DNA of 64,000 nt from Candidatus Omnitrophota bacterium. GTDB lineage: Bacteria; Omnitrophota; Omnitrophia; Omnitrophales; Aquincolibacteriaceae. Shown here one piece after another: positions 22,266 to 31,814 of this stretch. Made by a program: the position numbers and the translations under genes. The stretch spans positions 5,440-69,439 of the forward strand of contig JBDRCT010000003.1 of assembly GCA_043821445.1 (NCBI GenBank), written 5' to 3'. Numbering within the stretch: position 1 is the first letter of the stretch; the number at the start of each line of letters is the position of its first letter. The notes under the pieces are model-generated. The model made no database searches. It saw nothing but the letters and a program-made list of their open reading frames with translations, and was not told where the DNA came from.

Positions 22266-23363
22266 TCAGATTGCCAGATAACCCACCTTGACGGCGTAAC
22301 GGACCAGCGTCTTTAGAAAGGCGTGGTCGGTCTTCGGCATCGGGATCCCGGTACCGCGCAGGATCTCGCGGGTATTGGTGGTATCGAACGTAAGGTGCCC
22401 GTTCAAGTAGCCCAGATAAGGCTCCATCATCGCGAAGACCATTTGCTCTTGCGCTCCCATTTTGCTTTTTTTAAAATACTTCGGGTCGATCACCTCGATC
22501 GGAGGAATGGTCGAATATTCCTCTTCTCCCACCTGTAAGAGCATGCCGATTGAAGGCGGCTTGGACGCCACCACATGGAAAGTCTTATTAATGCTCCGCG
22601 GATTTTTAATGATCGCACAAGTCGCCCGGATCACGAAATCAATAGGCACAATATTGAACGTGTTCTCACGATGTGTGGGGATCTTTGAAAGAACTCCGTG
22701 AGCGAAAAGCTTGATGAAAGGATAGATCACATTGAAATCCGAGACTACGCCGGTCTCGGAATGGCCTACCACAATGCTCGGACGGATGATCGTGACCGGA
22801 AGACCCTTCGTCATTGCTTCGCGTACCTTGGTCTCGGCCTTGTATTTACTCGACTCATAGTAATTCGCAAACACAGGTTTGGCCGGAAGTTCATCCTCTT
22901 TGGAACAATGGTCCCACACGCTCCCGGCCACGAACGCTGTACTGAAATAGACGAACCGCTCAAGTTTTCCTTTTTTACGAAGATCCCAAGCCAGTTCGAG
23001 CGCGTGTTCCGTGCCTCCCACATTGATCTGCTGACATTCCTTTTCGGTCCCGTTCAAGGCCGTAAGTGCCGCAATGTGATAGAAAACCTTGCACTCGCGT
23101 TCCAGGTATTCAAGCTCAGTTTTTTTGATCCCAAATTTGTGATGGGTCACGTCCCCTTCGATCACATGGATGCGGGAACCCAGATGAGAATTAATGTCGA
23201 TCGAAGTAAGGATCTTTTTGACCCGCTCCAAATGGGAAGCGCGGTTCTTCGCGCGGGCCAGGAGCGCGATCTGGGCATTGGTGGTCCGGAGCAGTTCCTT
23301 GACAAGCTCCTGACCCAACACACCGGTGGCACCGGTCATAAAGATCACGTTATGCGTCATCAT
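22266..23363 (-). CDS. extended SDR, thioester/fatty acyl reductase (male-sterility NAD-binding type)
   Basis: TGATGVLG, HIAA, STAFVAG, YESSK, RPSIVVG, VPID. Confidence 0.85.
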   Translation of the reverse strand: MMTHNVIFMTGATGVLGQELVKELLRTTNAQIALLARAKNRASHLERVKKILTSIDINSHLGSRIHVIEGDVTHHKFGIKKTELEYLERECKVFYHIAALTALNGTEKECQQINVGGTEHALELAWDLRKKGKLERFVYFSTAFVAGSVWDHCSKEDELPAKPVFANYYESSKYKAETKVREAMTKGLPVTIIRPSIVVGHSETGVVSDFNVIYPFIKLFAHGVLSKIPTHRENTFNIVPIDFVIRATCAIIKNPRSINKTFHVVASKPPSIGMLLQVGEEEYSTIPPIEVIDPKYFKKSKMGAQEQMVFAMMEPYLGYLNGHLTFDTTNTREILRGTGIPMPKTDHAFLKTLVRYAVKVGYLAI

Positions 23364-24657
23364 ATCTCCTCAAAGCTAAACAAATGTTCTGACCTCCGAA
23401 CCCGAACGAGTTGGAGAGCGCTATATTCACATCCGAGCGCCGGGCCGTGTTCGGCACATAATCCAGATCGCACTCGGGATCCGGTTCTTCATAGTTGATC
23501 GTCGGCGGGATCACGGAATTACGCATGGCCATCAAACAAATAATCGCTTCGACCCCACCGGCCGCCGCGATCATGTGCCCGAGCATGGATTTCGTCGAGC
23601 TCACCGGAACTTTCGACGCGAAAGCGCCCATCACTTTTTTGATGACGAGGGTTTCCAGCAAATCGTTCACGGCGGTGGAAGTCCCGTGCGCATTAATATA
23701 ATCAATATTCTGAGGTCCAACGCAAGCTTTTTCCATAGCAATTTCCATAGCTCGTGCCGCGCCGCGGCCTTCGGGGTCCATATCCGTAAGACGGTATGCG
23801 TCCGCCGTCGAACCGTAACCCACGATTTCCCCATGGATCAGAGCCTTGCGCCTACGTGCGTGCTCCAGCTCTTCCAAGATCAACACCCCTGCGCCTTCGC
23901 CGATTACGAACCCATCCCGTTTTTTGTCGAACGGCCGCGAGGCTTTCTCAGGCTCCTCATTGCGGGTGGAAAGCGCCGTCAATAAACTAAATCCTGCAAC
24001 CCCCATCGGATAGATCATGGAATGGGAACCGCCTGCCATGATAACGTCGGCATCACCGCGCTTTATCCATTCAAAGGCTTCTCCGATCGCCTGTGACGAC
24101 GCCGCGCACGCCGTCAAACAATTCGAAACCGGCCCGCGAATATCAAAAAGACGTGTCAGGTGTGTCACGGTCATGAAGGGCTGATTTTCGAGCTCCCGCA
24201 AAGCACTCATATTCTTGATCGCCAATTGAAGATATTTCCCTTTATCTACAATGTCGGCGCCCCCGACGTTATCTTTCGTAAAAGACGGAACCAAAGTTTT
24301 AATGAACGGACCGAAATCAATCCCGCTGTCGCCTGCGCCAAAATAAATACCGAAACGGTTTGGATTTACGGCAAGCGGTTCCAGGCTGGCGCCTTTGTAA
24401 GCCTCCGCGGCGGCCTGAAGCGCGAAGAAAGTGCTCCGGCTCGCACAGCTGAGCGGCGGATTGCGCTCAAGCCATTTTTCAAATGAGAATCCCTTGACCT
24501 CACCTGCGATGCGCGTCGGAAAACGGCTCGCATCGAAAAGAGTAATGGGACCGATCCCCGACTTTCCTTGTGTCAAACGAAGCCAGGTATCACGCACCGA
24601 ATTTCCAAGGGGTGTGACGGCACCCATCCCAGTAACTACCACTCTACGCTTTAACAT
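23350..24657 (-). CDS. fabF: beta-ketoacyl-ACP synthase II (active KS)
   Basis: TACAAS catalytic Cys, NAHGTST, KSMLGH, NSFGFGGQN. Confidence 0.92.
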   Translation of the reverse strand: MLKRRVVVTGMGAVTPLGNSVRDTWLRLTQGKSGIGPITLFDASRFPTRIAGEVKGFSFEKWLERNPPLSCASRSTFFALQAAAEAYKGASLEPLAVNPNRFGIYFGAGDSGIDFGPFIKTLVPSFTKDNVGGADIVDKGKYLQLAIKNMSALRELENQPFMTVTHLTRLFDIRGPVSNCLTACAASSQAIGEAFEWIKRGDADVIMAGGSHSMIYPMGVAGFSLLTALSTRNEEPEKASRPFDKKRDGFVIGEGAGVLILEELEHARRRKALIHGEIVGYGSTADAYRLTDMDPEGRGAARAMEIAMEKACVGPQNIDYINAHGTSTAVNDLLETLVIKKVMGAFASKVPVSSTKSMLGHMIAAAGGVEAIICLMAMRNSVIPPTINYEEPDPECDLDYVPNTARRSDVNIALSNSFGFGGQNICLALRRYDDA

Positions 24658-25937
24658 TTTTTAAATACCAGGGACGCGTTTTGGCCGCCCAATCCGAATG
24701 TGTTCAGAACGGCCACGTTGACTTGGCAAGATTTCGCTTTATCCTTGACGAATGGCAATGAACATTCCGGATCCGGGCTCTCAAGATTGACGACCGGAGG
24801 CACCTGTCCCTTTTTCGTGGTCATGGCCGCAACCACCGCCTCCACGCTCCCGGTTCCATAAACCAGATTCCCGGTCACGGGTTTTACCGCGGTGACGTGA
24901 AGCTTTTTGAAAGTGGAGGCATAAAAAGAATGGACTGCGAGCGACTCCTGGACGTCCTCCTGCGGAATGCCGCTCCCGTTCGCCACAAGGACATCAACAT
25001 CCGCGGGTTCGAGCGCGGCATCTTCGAGGGCCCGGCGGATCGCCACGCGCTTTCCCGTAAAGTCATCCGAATCGCGCGGATCATAATTAAAATCCGAGGA
25101 GGATCCATACCCTACGATTTCAGCATAGATCGATGCCCCACGCTTTTTCGCACTTTCAAGAGATTCCAAGACCAAGATCCCCGCACCTTCTCCCAGCACG
25201 ATCCCGTCGTGTTTTTTGTCAAAAGGACAATAAGCTTTTTCAGGCAGCTCTTCGCGTGTCGAAAGAAGACCGAGAAGCTGGAAACGCGAGATCCCCATTG
25301 CGTTAAGCTTAGAGTCCGTGCCGCCCGCAAGCATGATGTCCGCATCCCCGCGCTCGACCACGCGGTACGCTTCTCCGATCGCTTGCGTGCCCGCGGCCGA
25401 AGACGTCGTGATGGTATTGTTCGGCCCCCGGAGCTGATTCGCAACGGAGATATGACAGGCCGGCATATTCGGGAGATATTTCAGGAACCAGAGAGGAAAA
25501 AGCGAGCGGATGCCATCTTGCCCGAACTTGGTCATGGAGAAATGTCCGTTCTCATCCAGACCATTCCTGAAGCCCACCCCAATTTCGTCGAGGTCGTTAT
25601 TGATGACCCCGGTCCCCAGCGTCACACCGATACGTGTGGGATCATAATGTTCCGGAGAAAGCTTGGCGTCTTTAAGCGCGAGGCGGCTTGCGGCAACGGC
25701 CATTTGGATCTCGCGGGACATCAGCTTGATGGATTTGCGGTTCTCGATGAATTCTTTCGGTTCGAACCCGGACAACATCCCAGCATATTTGAAAGAGGGA
25801 CAATGGAGCCTAAGAGGATCGGAGCTCTGGATCGCGGAACGCCCGTGAAGCGCAGCATCCCAGTAAGGTTCCCAGCCGTTCCCGCACGGCGTGATAACCC
25901 CGAAACCAGTGATCACGACACGGCGTTTTTTAGTCAT
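24651..25937 (-). CDS. KS-like protein lacking the catalytic triad (chain-length-factor-like)
   Basis: FabF fold, but TSSAAG (Cys to Ser), VANGSG (His to Asn) and KPVTGN (His to Asn). Confidence 0.85.
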   Translation of the reverse strand: MTKKRRVVITGFGVITPCGNGWEPYWDAALHGRSAIQSSDPLRLHCPSFKYAGMLSGFEPKEFIENRKSIKLMSREIQMAVAASRLALKDAKLSPEHYDPTRIGVTLGTGVINNDLDEIGVGFRNGLDENGHFSMTKFGQDGIRSLFPLWFLKYLPNMPACHISVANQLRGPNNTITTSSAAGTQAIGEAYRVVERGDADIMLAGGTDSKLNAMGISRFQLLGLLSTREELPEKAYCPFDKKHDGIVLGEGAGILVLESLESAKKRGASIYAEIVGYGSSSDFNYDPRDSDDFTGKRVAIRRALEDAALEPADVDVLVANGSGIPQEDVQESLAVHSFYASTFKKLHVTAVKPVTGNLVYGTGSVEAVVAAMTTKKGQVPPVVNLESPDPECSLPFVKDKAKSCQVNVAVLNTFGLGGQNASLVFKKC

Positions 25938-26016
25938 GATTACCTGCGCATTGTTTGATCCAGGACAACCATGACTGTCTGAGTCGCCCTGCATAAAGAA
26001 AAAAAAGACTTGGACA

Positions 26017-26532
26017 TCATGACGGTTGGTCGCCCTGTGTTATGGGCCGTCCCTCGATCTTGTTTTGAAGGATGGACGAGCCTCGCTCCGCTTCGCGAGC
26101 GGGTGGAAGGATCTTCTTGCGGATATTAAAATAATCCATGAAAGCCTCGTGAAATGTGATGGACTTCGTCTGCTCCGCGGAAAGACCGCTCACCGCCATG
26201 AGCAAAAGTTTCGCTCGTGCCACCAATCCTTCAGCACATGTGATCGTCGCTTCCAACCAGCCGCCTTCGGCCCCAAGACTTTCGGACCAAGCCTCGATCT
26301 GAAGGGGGGTGCCGGACTTCGGAATCTTTGTGATGGTCGCGTTTTCGATCTTTGCAAAAATGAGATCTTTTTGGTAATCACTTTCCGCACCGACCAAAAG
26401 ACCGCCGGTCTGCGCCATCATCTCAATAAAGAGAACTTCCGAACTATAGGGAGCTCGGGGGACTTTGGCGAAAGCAACGGCCTTTTCCCCTTTGCGGATC
26501 GAATAGACTTCTTCAAGAAGAAGCCAACGCAT
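26017..26532 (-). CDS. FabZ/FabA-like hotdog dehydratase
   Basis: MRW..L..., EMMAQTGGLLVG, FAKIE pattern; cluster context. Confidence 0.7.
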   Translation of the reverse strand: MRWLLLEEVYSIRKGEKAVAFAKVPRAPYSSEVLFIEMMAQTGGLLVGAESDYQKDLIFAKIENATITKIPKSGTPLQIEAWSESLGAEGGWLEATITCAEGLVARAKLLLMAVSGLSAEQTKSITFHEAFMDYFNIRKKILPPAREAERGSSILQNKIEGRPITQGDQPS

Positions 26533-26533
26533 G

Positions 26534-26974
26534 TTATCTCCAGATCATGGCCTGTGCGCCCACCAGGTCCCCGCTCCGGAAAAAATGCCCTTCCCCACGA
26601 TAAAGCTTCTTGGTGCGCCCGGTTCGCCATTCCATCTCAAAGTGATCGCCTCCGCATCGTTTCATCCGCATGTCTTGAAACCCCTCGAGCCCCATCCAGG
26701 CTTCACCGCATGCCTTGAAAAACGCTTCCTTGGCCGTAAAAAGTTCGGCAAATCCTTTCAGGGAAAGGTGATTGAAGGAACGGCGTTCCGAGAAATTCAG
26801 GAAACGCTCACGAACATAACCCCTGTGGCGAGAAAGGAATTGCCTTATACGATTGCGGGACACCAGATCAACACCCACGCCGCACAGTTTGGCGGGCCGT
26901 CCCACGATCGTTTTTTGAAAGCTGGACGAACCTTGTCCCAGACGGCGGGAGGATTTTCGTTTTACGAGCAGCAT
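26534..26974 (-). CDS. acpS: AcpS-type phosphopantetheinyl transferase
   Basis: GVGVDLV and FTAKEAFFKA motifs; adjacent to ACP. Confidence 0.8.
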   Translation of the reverse strand: MLLVKRKSSRRLGQGSSSFQKTIVGRPAKLCGVGVDLVSRNRIRQFLSRHRGYVRERFLNFSERRSFNHLSLKGFAELFTAKEAFFKACGEAWMGLEGFQDMRMKRCGGDHFEMEWRTGRTKKLYRGEGHFFRSGDLVGAQAMIWR

Positions 26975-27375
26975 TGATCGGAGCAGGAATTCTTGCCTAA
27001 GCGATCACTGAGATAACGAAGGAGCATCTTTACCGTAAAACAATCCGCCAACTTCGTGATCTGCGGATCTTTGGTGAATTCTTCAAGCTCAAGATAAGGG
27101 AGCTTCACGCGAAGTTCCGCAAGACCTTCCACCGTGACCACGCCTTCCCTCACGAAACGCTCATCATTTAAAAGATGGCTCGGAAAAAGATCGCCGGCTG
27201 GGATCTTGAGATCGAAAGCCTTTTCAAGGCGGAAAACGATATCGATAAAATCGATGGACTCCGCGCCAAGGTCCCGCTTCAGGGAAGCTTCCGGTGTGAT
27301 CTCGGATTCATCCACACCCAGCGCGCCAGCAAGTGTTTGCTGAACTTTCGTAAAGAGCTCTTTCTCCATGATCAT
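26962..27375 (-). CDS. long acyl carrier protein (Planctomycete type)
   Basis: DLGAESIDFIDIVFRLEKAF attachment helix plus about 50 extra residues. Confidence 0.88.
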   Translation of the reverse strand: MIMEKELFTKVQQTLAGALGVDESEITPEASLKRDLGAESIDFIDIVFRLEKAFDLKIPAGDLFPSHLLNDERFVREGVVTVEGLAELRVKLPYLELEEFTKDPQITKLADCFTVKMLLRYLSDRLGKNSCSDQCCS

Positions 27376-27397
27376 TCTAGCTTCCTTCCTAAGTTGT

Positions 27398-27805
27398 CTA
27401 TGACAATGCGGATGATTGCGGGTTCTTCACTCTGGCCAAAGTCAACTTGGCCGATACGGCGACATCGCCGTGGTAAAACAACTTCGCATCCCAGGTCGTT
27501 TCCTCGCCCTCGCTTTGCGTGAGCATGAGCCGGCTTTCCCATTCGTCGCCGGGCCTGAGATATTTCGTGAACCGGGTCGCGCGGATTTGCTTCAAAAAAT
27601 AATGCTGCCCCTCACCGCTCGCGATCGATGCCAAATACCGCTCTGCGGTCTGTTTAAGCATCTCAAGTGCCAGCACTCCGGGCAACACGGGAAATCCTGG
27701 AAAATGATCTTTAAAGAATTCGGAGTCTTCAGGAATACGGCCGCAGGCCGTAATCCCCTCTCCTTCTTTTATCCAAAGGACCTTTTCGATCGCAAGCGCT
27801 GTCAT
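27398..27805 (-). CDS. FabA/FabZ-like dehydratase
   Basis: FFKDHFPGFPVLPGVLALE motif. Confidence 0.85.
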   Translation of the reverse strand: MTALAIEKVLWIKEGEGITACGRIPEDSEFFKDHFPGFPVLPGVLALEMLKQTAERYLASIASGEGQHYFLKQIRATRFTKYLRPGDEWESRLMLTQSEGEETTWDAKLFYHGDVAVSAKLTLARVKNPQSSALS

Positions 27806-27873
27806 GATTAAAACTCCGGGAAACAACCAACGTGGAAAGGGAAACGATTTTGATTTGCGACCGGCGTTCCCCG

Positions 27874-28503
27874 TTATCCGTTACTCTCTTTTTCCAAAAC
27901 ATAGATCCCGTTCAAAATTCGGAATCCCGAAAGCCAAGTATAAAAACTTTTAAAAGAACTGACTTCAAAACCAGCCGCTTTAAAAAACTCCTGCCACTCG
28001 CCATCCTTACGAAACTGATGCGGATGTGCCATGAATTCCACATTCAAAAGCCTGTCACGGCAAATGGTCCAGAACCGGCCGGCTGCATGATGATAAAGGT
28101 CCTCTACGACCACGACCTTCTGGCGCGTCACTCGCCGCACTTCTTTGAAAAGCGCCTGCGGATCCTGCGCGTGATGAAGCATGGTCATGAGAATCGTCAC
28201 ATTAAAACTTTGATCCGGGAACGGGATCTTGACGCCATCATACAGCACCACCGGCGCCTTCCGATAACCGGGGCTTACAACATCCAGAACCAGATGCTCA
28301 TGCCCCCGCGTCTTGAGAGGCCCGGCATAAAAACCCCAACCGCCGCCTAGATCCAGAATCCGGCTTTTCCGAGGGATCCGATTTTCAAAAAGCTGGACGA
28401 TCTTTTCTGCCCGGGTCTCAAGAGCGCTATGAGCGAAATACCTGACAATTCCGTCCAGCACCCGGCGCTGAAAGACCTGCAGATGATTCTTAATGATGTT
28501 CAC
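27874..28503 (-). CDS. class I SAM-dependent methyltransferase
   Basis: ILDLGGGWG, YDG..IPFPDQSF, LHH, EVRRV. Confidence 0.9.
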   Translation of the reverse strand: MNIIKNHLQVFQRRVLDGIVRYFAHSALETRAEKIVQLFENRIPRKSRILDLGGGWGFYAGPLKTRGHEHLVLDVVSPGYRKAPVVLYDGVKIPFPDQSFNVTILMTMLHHAQDPQALFKEVRRVTRQKVVVVEDLYHHAAGRFWTICRDRLLNVEFMAHPHQFRKDGEWQEFFKAAGFEVSSFKSFYTWLSGFRILNGIYVLEKESNG

Positions 28504-28534
28504 AATCTCGCTTGCAATAGTTTTTGAGCGTGAA

Positions 28535-28543
28535 ATTATAGCA
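28535..28543 (-). promoter_or_regulatory. extended -10 element (TGCTATAAT) upstream of the methyltransferase/FAS cluster
   Basis: Minus strand TGC-TATAAT about 30 nt before the GTG start at 28503. Confidence 0.5.
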
Positions 28544-28554
28544 TAGGCCTGTTT

Positions 28555-28785
28555 CCGCCCAAACTTTTATTTCTTTTCCATAAAGGTAGTCTGGACGGCC
28601 CCAATCTCAGCTAGGCTTCGATTGATAGGTATTGGGACCGCCCAAACTTTTATTTCTTTTCCATAAAGGTAGTCGGCCCTGACTTTCCACTAGCTTTTTT
28701 GATGAGGAAGCCAGGACAGTCCCAACCAACCCTCAAATTAACCTGAGGGTCGGGGCTGGACGGCCCCAATCTTAGCGACGCTTCG
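28555..28785. repeat. interleaved direct repeats: 37-bp A x2 (identical) and 30-bp B x2 (27/30)
   Basis: A = ccgcccaaacttttatttcttttccataaaggtagtc at 28555-28591 and 28638-28674; B = ctggacggccccaatctYagcNaNgcttcg at 28591-28620 and 28756-28785. Confidence 0.9.
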
Positions 28786-28795
28786 CCCCGCTTCT

Positions 28796-29290
28796 TTATC
28801 GGGTAGAAGATCGGGGAAAAAGGTCCGTCTTGAGACAAGTCACATGATCGATAAAAAGAACGCCCTCCAGATGATCGACCTCATGCTCCACGCAAATCGC
28901 TTCAATCCCGGTGCTGATCTTTTCCTGGAATTCGCCGCGTTCGTTCTGCCAGCGAAAGCGGACCCACTTATGACGCTTCAGGAACGCCGTGTAATCCGGA
29001 AAGCTCATACAACCCTCCTTGCGCGCTTCCGGCTCTTTTTTTTCAAGGATCACGGGATTGACAAGGACGAGACGTTTTGTCCTCGGATCGCGTTTCGAAA
29101 CATCCACGATCGCAACGGCCTTCGCAACCCCGATCTGTGGCGCGGCAATCCCTATCCCGTGCGGTTGGCTTTTCATGGCACGAACCAAAGCAGCCACAAG
29201 CTTCAAGAGTGAACGGTCGAATACTGTGACCGCTTGTGTTTTTTTTCTGAGGATAGGATCGGGAAAAGTCCGGAGAAGAATGGGTTTCAT
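28796..29290 (-). CDS. def: peptide deformylase
   Basis: GIGIAAPQIG, EGCMS, HEVDHLEG. Confidence 0.92.
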   Translation of the reverse strand: MKPILLRTFPDPILRKKTQAVTVFDRSLLKLVAALVRAMKSQPHGIGIAAPQIGVAKAVAIVDVSKRDPRTKRLVLVNPVILEKKEPEARKEGCMSFPDYTAFLKRHKWVRFRWQNERGEFQEKISTGIEAICVEHEVDHLEGVLFIDHVTCLKTDLFPRSSTR

Positions 29291-29296
29291 TGGAGA

Positions 29297-29848
29297 TTAT
29301 AAAGAAACACGTTCCAAGGGTTTGACCTGGATCTCGATCTTCAACTTTCTCGAGACATTCGCTAAAAGAGTTTTGAGCTCCGCCAGAACTCCTTTATCCG
29401 GGACATCCACTTCCAAGAGCATTGCGTAAGTGGTCTTGGCGCCCTTGCCTAAGATCCGGCTGTCGAGATCCGTAATGTTGACACCCATCCCCGCCAACGC
29501 GCGGCTCACTTCATAAACGATCCCGGTACGGTCCTTGCCGAATGCAGTGATCATGCAGGGAAGAGAGCCTTTTGCATGTTTTTTCCCACGTGGGATCTTC
29601 CCTTTCAACTCGGTCACATGACAATCCAGGGACCAGGGAATGCCCCTCAAGAGCTCCAAACCTTGCAGCACACGAACCCAAGACACAGGCGACGGAAGGC
29701 AGGCGGTCATCATCATGACGAATCGCCCTTCCAAAAGAGTCATGCTAATATCCTCAAGATTACATCCCCGGGCGAACAAAAGACCGCTTACTTTGGCGAT
29801 GATACCAGGCTTATCTTTACCACTGACCGTGATGAGGATTTTTTTCAT
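29297..29848 (-). CDS. tandem ACT-domain protein (GcvR-like)
   Basis: Two ACT repeats: GKDKPGII..VS and GKDRTGIV..VS. Confidence 0.85.
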   Translation of the reverse strand: MKKILITVSGKDKPGIIAKVSGLLFARGCNLEDISMTLLEGRFVMMMTACLPSPVSWVRVLQGLELLRGIPWSLDCHVTELKGKIPRGKKHAKGSLPCMITAFGKDRTGIVYEVSRALAGMGVNITDLDSRILGKGAKTTYAMLLEVDVPDKGVLAELKTLLANVSRKLKIEIQVKPLERVSL

Positions 29849-31371
29849 TTTTTCTTCTTACGCTCCAGATATTTGGATAGTTGTTCAAGTCCCTGATTAA
29901 GAAGCTGATCTGCCCCGCTCTGCAACAACTTTGAACCGATATAATTCAGGTCCGGCTGGACCGCGGCATTCGGGAAAACGCCGCTGTAACGGAACGGTAT
30001 CATGACTTGGCCGTTCCGGTCTGCGATCAATTCCATCTCGCGAATCTTTTTCATTAAATAAGCTGAAATGGCTTGAGATAACAACAACTGCATGGAACCT
30101 TCGACACGCTTGTCCAGGATCTCATAGGTCCCCTGGCCGGACAACTGATAGTTGGAATGTGTCAGCCGGAATTCGTTGATCTGCATGATCCCGGTCTGTA
30201 CCTCATACAACACTTGCAAGGACTGGAACGGCGTGTCACGCTCCTTTAACATTGCATTCAATTCCGGCGGAGGCTCCCCGCCCAGGACATTTGTGATCGC
30301 AAGCACCGGGGAAAGACGGTCAAAAACCTCTTTGATAAGATTCCGGTTCCTGAGAGCACCGTCCAGGATCTCGATCGTTCCCTGTCCCTTAAGAGATCGT
30401 TGGAGTGTGGCGGGATTCGCTCCCTCGAAAGAAAGTTGCGCCTTGGCACTAAGACGGCCGGTCATATAATCGCTCCTCTTATAAACGGCTGGAATCACCG
30501 ATTCCATGTCCAGGTCACGCACCTCAAGCGTCCCTTCAAAATGCGGCAGGTTGTCGATCAATTTGAGATGGCCTTTGAACATGGCCTTCTCAGGACCATA
30601 ACGGAGCAAAAGATCCAGCGATCGCAACCCAAGGTCCAGATCCCCCTCCGCTTCGAGATTTCTTTTCGAGGAGTTAAACACAGCCCCCCCCGCCGTAAAA
30701 TGGAACAATGATGCGGAAGCTTTCTGCCACACCTCGGCCTCCAGCTTTTCGATCTCCAGTCCATAGACTGGCTCGACTGTTTCGTCCGTAAAGTGAATGG
30801 ACGCATCCCGGACGAGGATCTTCCCAAGCTTGAATTCCCAACCTTGAGTAATGCGATTTAATTTCATTAACGAAATATTTTCGACTCCCTCCGAAACTTC
30901 GGCCGTCGGAAGAAGACTTCCCTGAGAGAGAGCGACCGCAACGGCCGGAGCAGGAGTGGCGGATTCTTTGACGACCTGAAAATTCCAGGCTCCTCCACGA
31001 TCGCGTTTGAGGAAGATCTCGGGACTCTGGATCACGATTTGAGACATGCTGAAATGCTTCTGGAAGGCCGAAGTCAGATCAGCGTCGATCCGGACCTGAT
31101 CACTTTGAAAGATTTTCTCGAGGCTCTTGGGATGATAGAACTTGAGACTGGCCACCTGAAGTTGCGGCTGGGGTTTCCATTGGAACTTGATATTGCCAAG
31201 CTCTGCGCGAAAACCGGTCTGCTGGGTGAGATGCTTTTCGAATTCCGCCCGGAACATATTGGGATCAAAGTTACGGATCGCAAAGTAACCCACCGCACCG
31301 AGAATCATTCCGAGGATCAAAAGTACGGCAAAAAGACCTCCCAGGAATTTCAGGAAACCTCGTAAGACCAT
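29845..31371 (-). CDS. AsmA family protein
   Basis: N-terminal TM, L.R...G.WN AsmA motif, C-terminal IPFRYSG..P. Confidence 0.75.
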   Translation of the reverse strand: MVLRGFLKFLGGLFAVLLILGMILGAVGYFAIRNFDPNMFRAEFEKHLTQQTGFRAELGNIKFQWKPQPQLQVASLKFYHPKSLEKIFQSDQVRIDADLTSAFQKHFSMSQIVIQSPEIFLKRDRGGAWNFQVVKESATPAPAVAVALSQGSLLPTAEVSEGVENISLMKLNRITQGWEFKLGKILVRDASIHFTDETVEPVYGLEIEKLEAEVWQKASASLFHFTAGGAVFNSSKRNLEAEGDLDLGLRSLDLLLRYGPEKAMFKGHLKLIDNLPHFEGTLEVRDLDMESVIPAVYKRSDYMTGRLSAKAQLSFEGANPATLQRSLKGQGTIEILDGALRNRNLIKEVFDRLSPVLAITNVLGGEPPPELNAMLKERDTPFQSLQVLYEVQTGIMQINEFRLTHSNYQLSGQGTYEILDKRVEGSMQLLLSQAISAYLMKKIREMELIADRNGQVMIPFRYSGVFPNAAVQPDLNYIGSKLLQSGADQLLNQGLEQLSKYLERKKKK

Positions 31372-31814
31372 ACACCCTCGCCTTTTTTCCTGGCTTCCTC
31401 CTGAACTTTCAAGAACTTGGCTTTGTGGCCGAAGTCCTGGGTCTCGGCCACTTTGGCGGCGCCGATCTTCACCAGGAACTCATTGATCAAAACCTCTTGT
31501 TCATCGGGAACCTCGTCTAGCTTTGCGGGAAACTTCAAGTATTTTGCCTTGAGATACGCGTAGGCGAACTCCTTGGCTCCCGGCACGGGATTGGCGATCA
31601 ATTTAAGCTGCAGATCTTGCTTCTGAGCGAGCACGCGAAGAACCGAGATCCCTTCTGTGTCCATCTGAACCCCGACGAGGACCACCTGCTTGCCACTCTC
31701 AAGCGTCAACGTCCCGTCCGTCCCGACCTCCGTCACGATCTCTGCGCAAAGGCCAGAAGAAAAAAGACAGAGGCCGGACAAAAGCAAAAACAGCCATCGC
31801 TTTTTTGAGTTCAC
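31350..31814 (-). CDS. secreted thermonuclease (SNase)-like protein, degenerate
   Basis: Signal peptide; LINEFLVKIGAA and QEEARKKGEGVW SNase C-terminal pattern; DGDT/RL/DAPE motifs altered. Confidence 0.6.
   Translation of the reverse strand: MNSKKRWLFLLLSGLCLFSSGLCAEIVTEVGTDGTLTLESGKQVVLVGVQMDTEGISVLRVLAQKQDLQLKLIANPVPGAKEFAYAYLKAKYLKFPAKLDEVPDEQEVLINEFLVKIGAAKVAETQDFGHKAKFLKVQEEARKKGEGVWSYEVS

Noticed and set aside
22698-26718. Plus-strand ORFs of 230-353 aa opposite the reductase, KS and dehydratase genes
   Set aside because: Antisense shadow frames typical of moderately GC-rich coding DNA
28555-28674. Two 37-bp repeats with a 46-bp spacer as a mini CRISPR array
   Set aside because: Only two copies, no palindrome or typical repeat end, no cas genes, and most of the spacer is itself repeated at 28756-28785
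28650-28838. 62-aa ORF across the repeat region
   Set aside because: Overlaps the end of def, has no recognisable features and runs through non-coding-looking repeats
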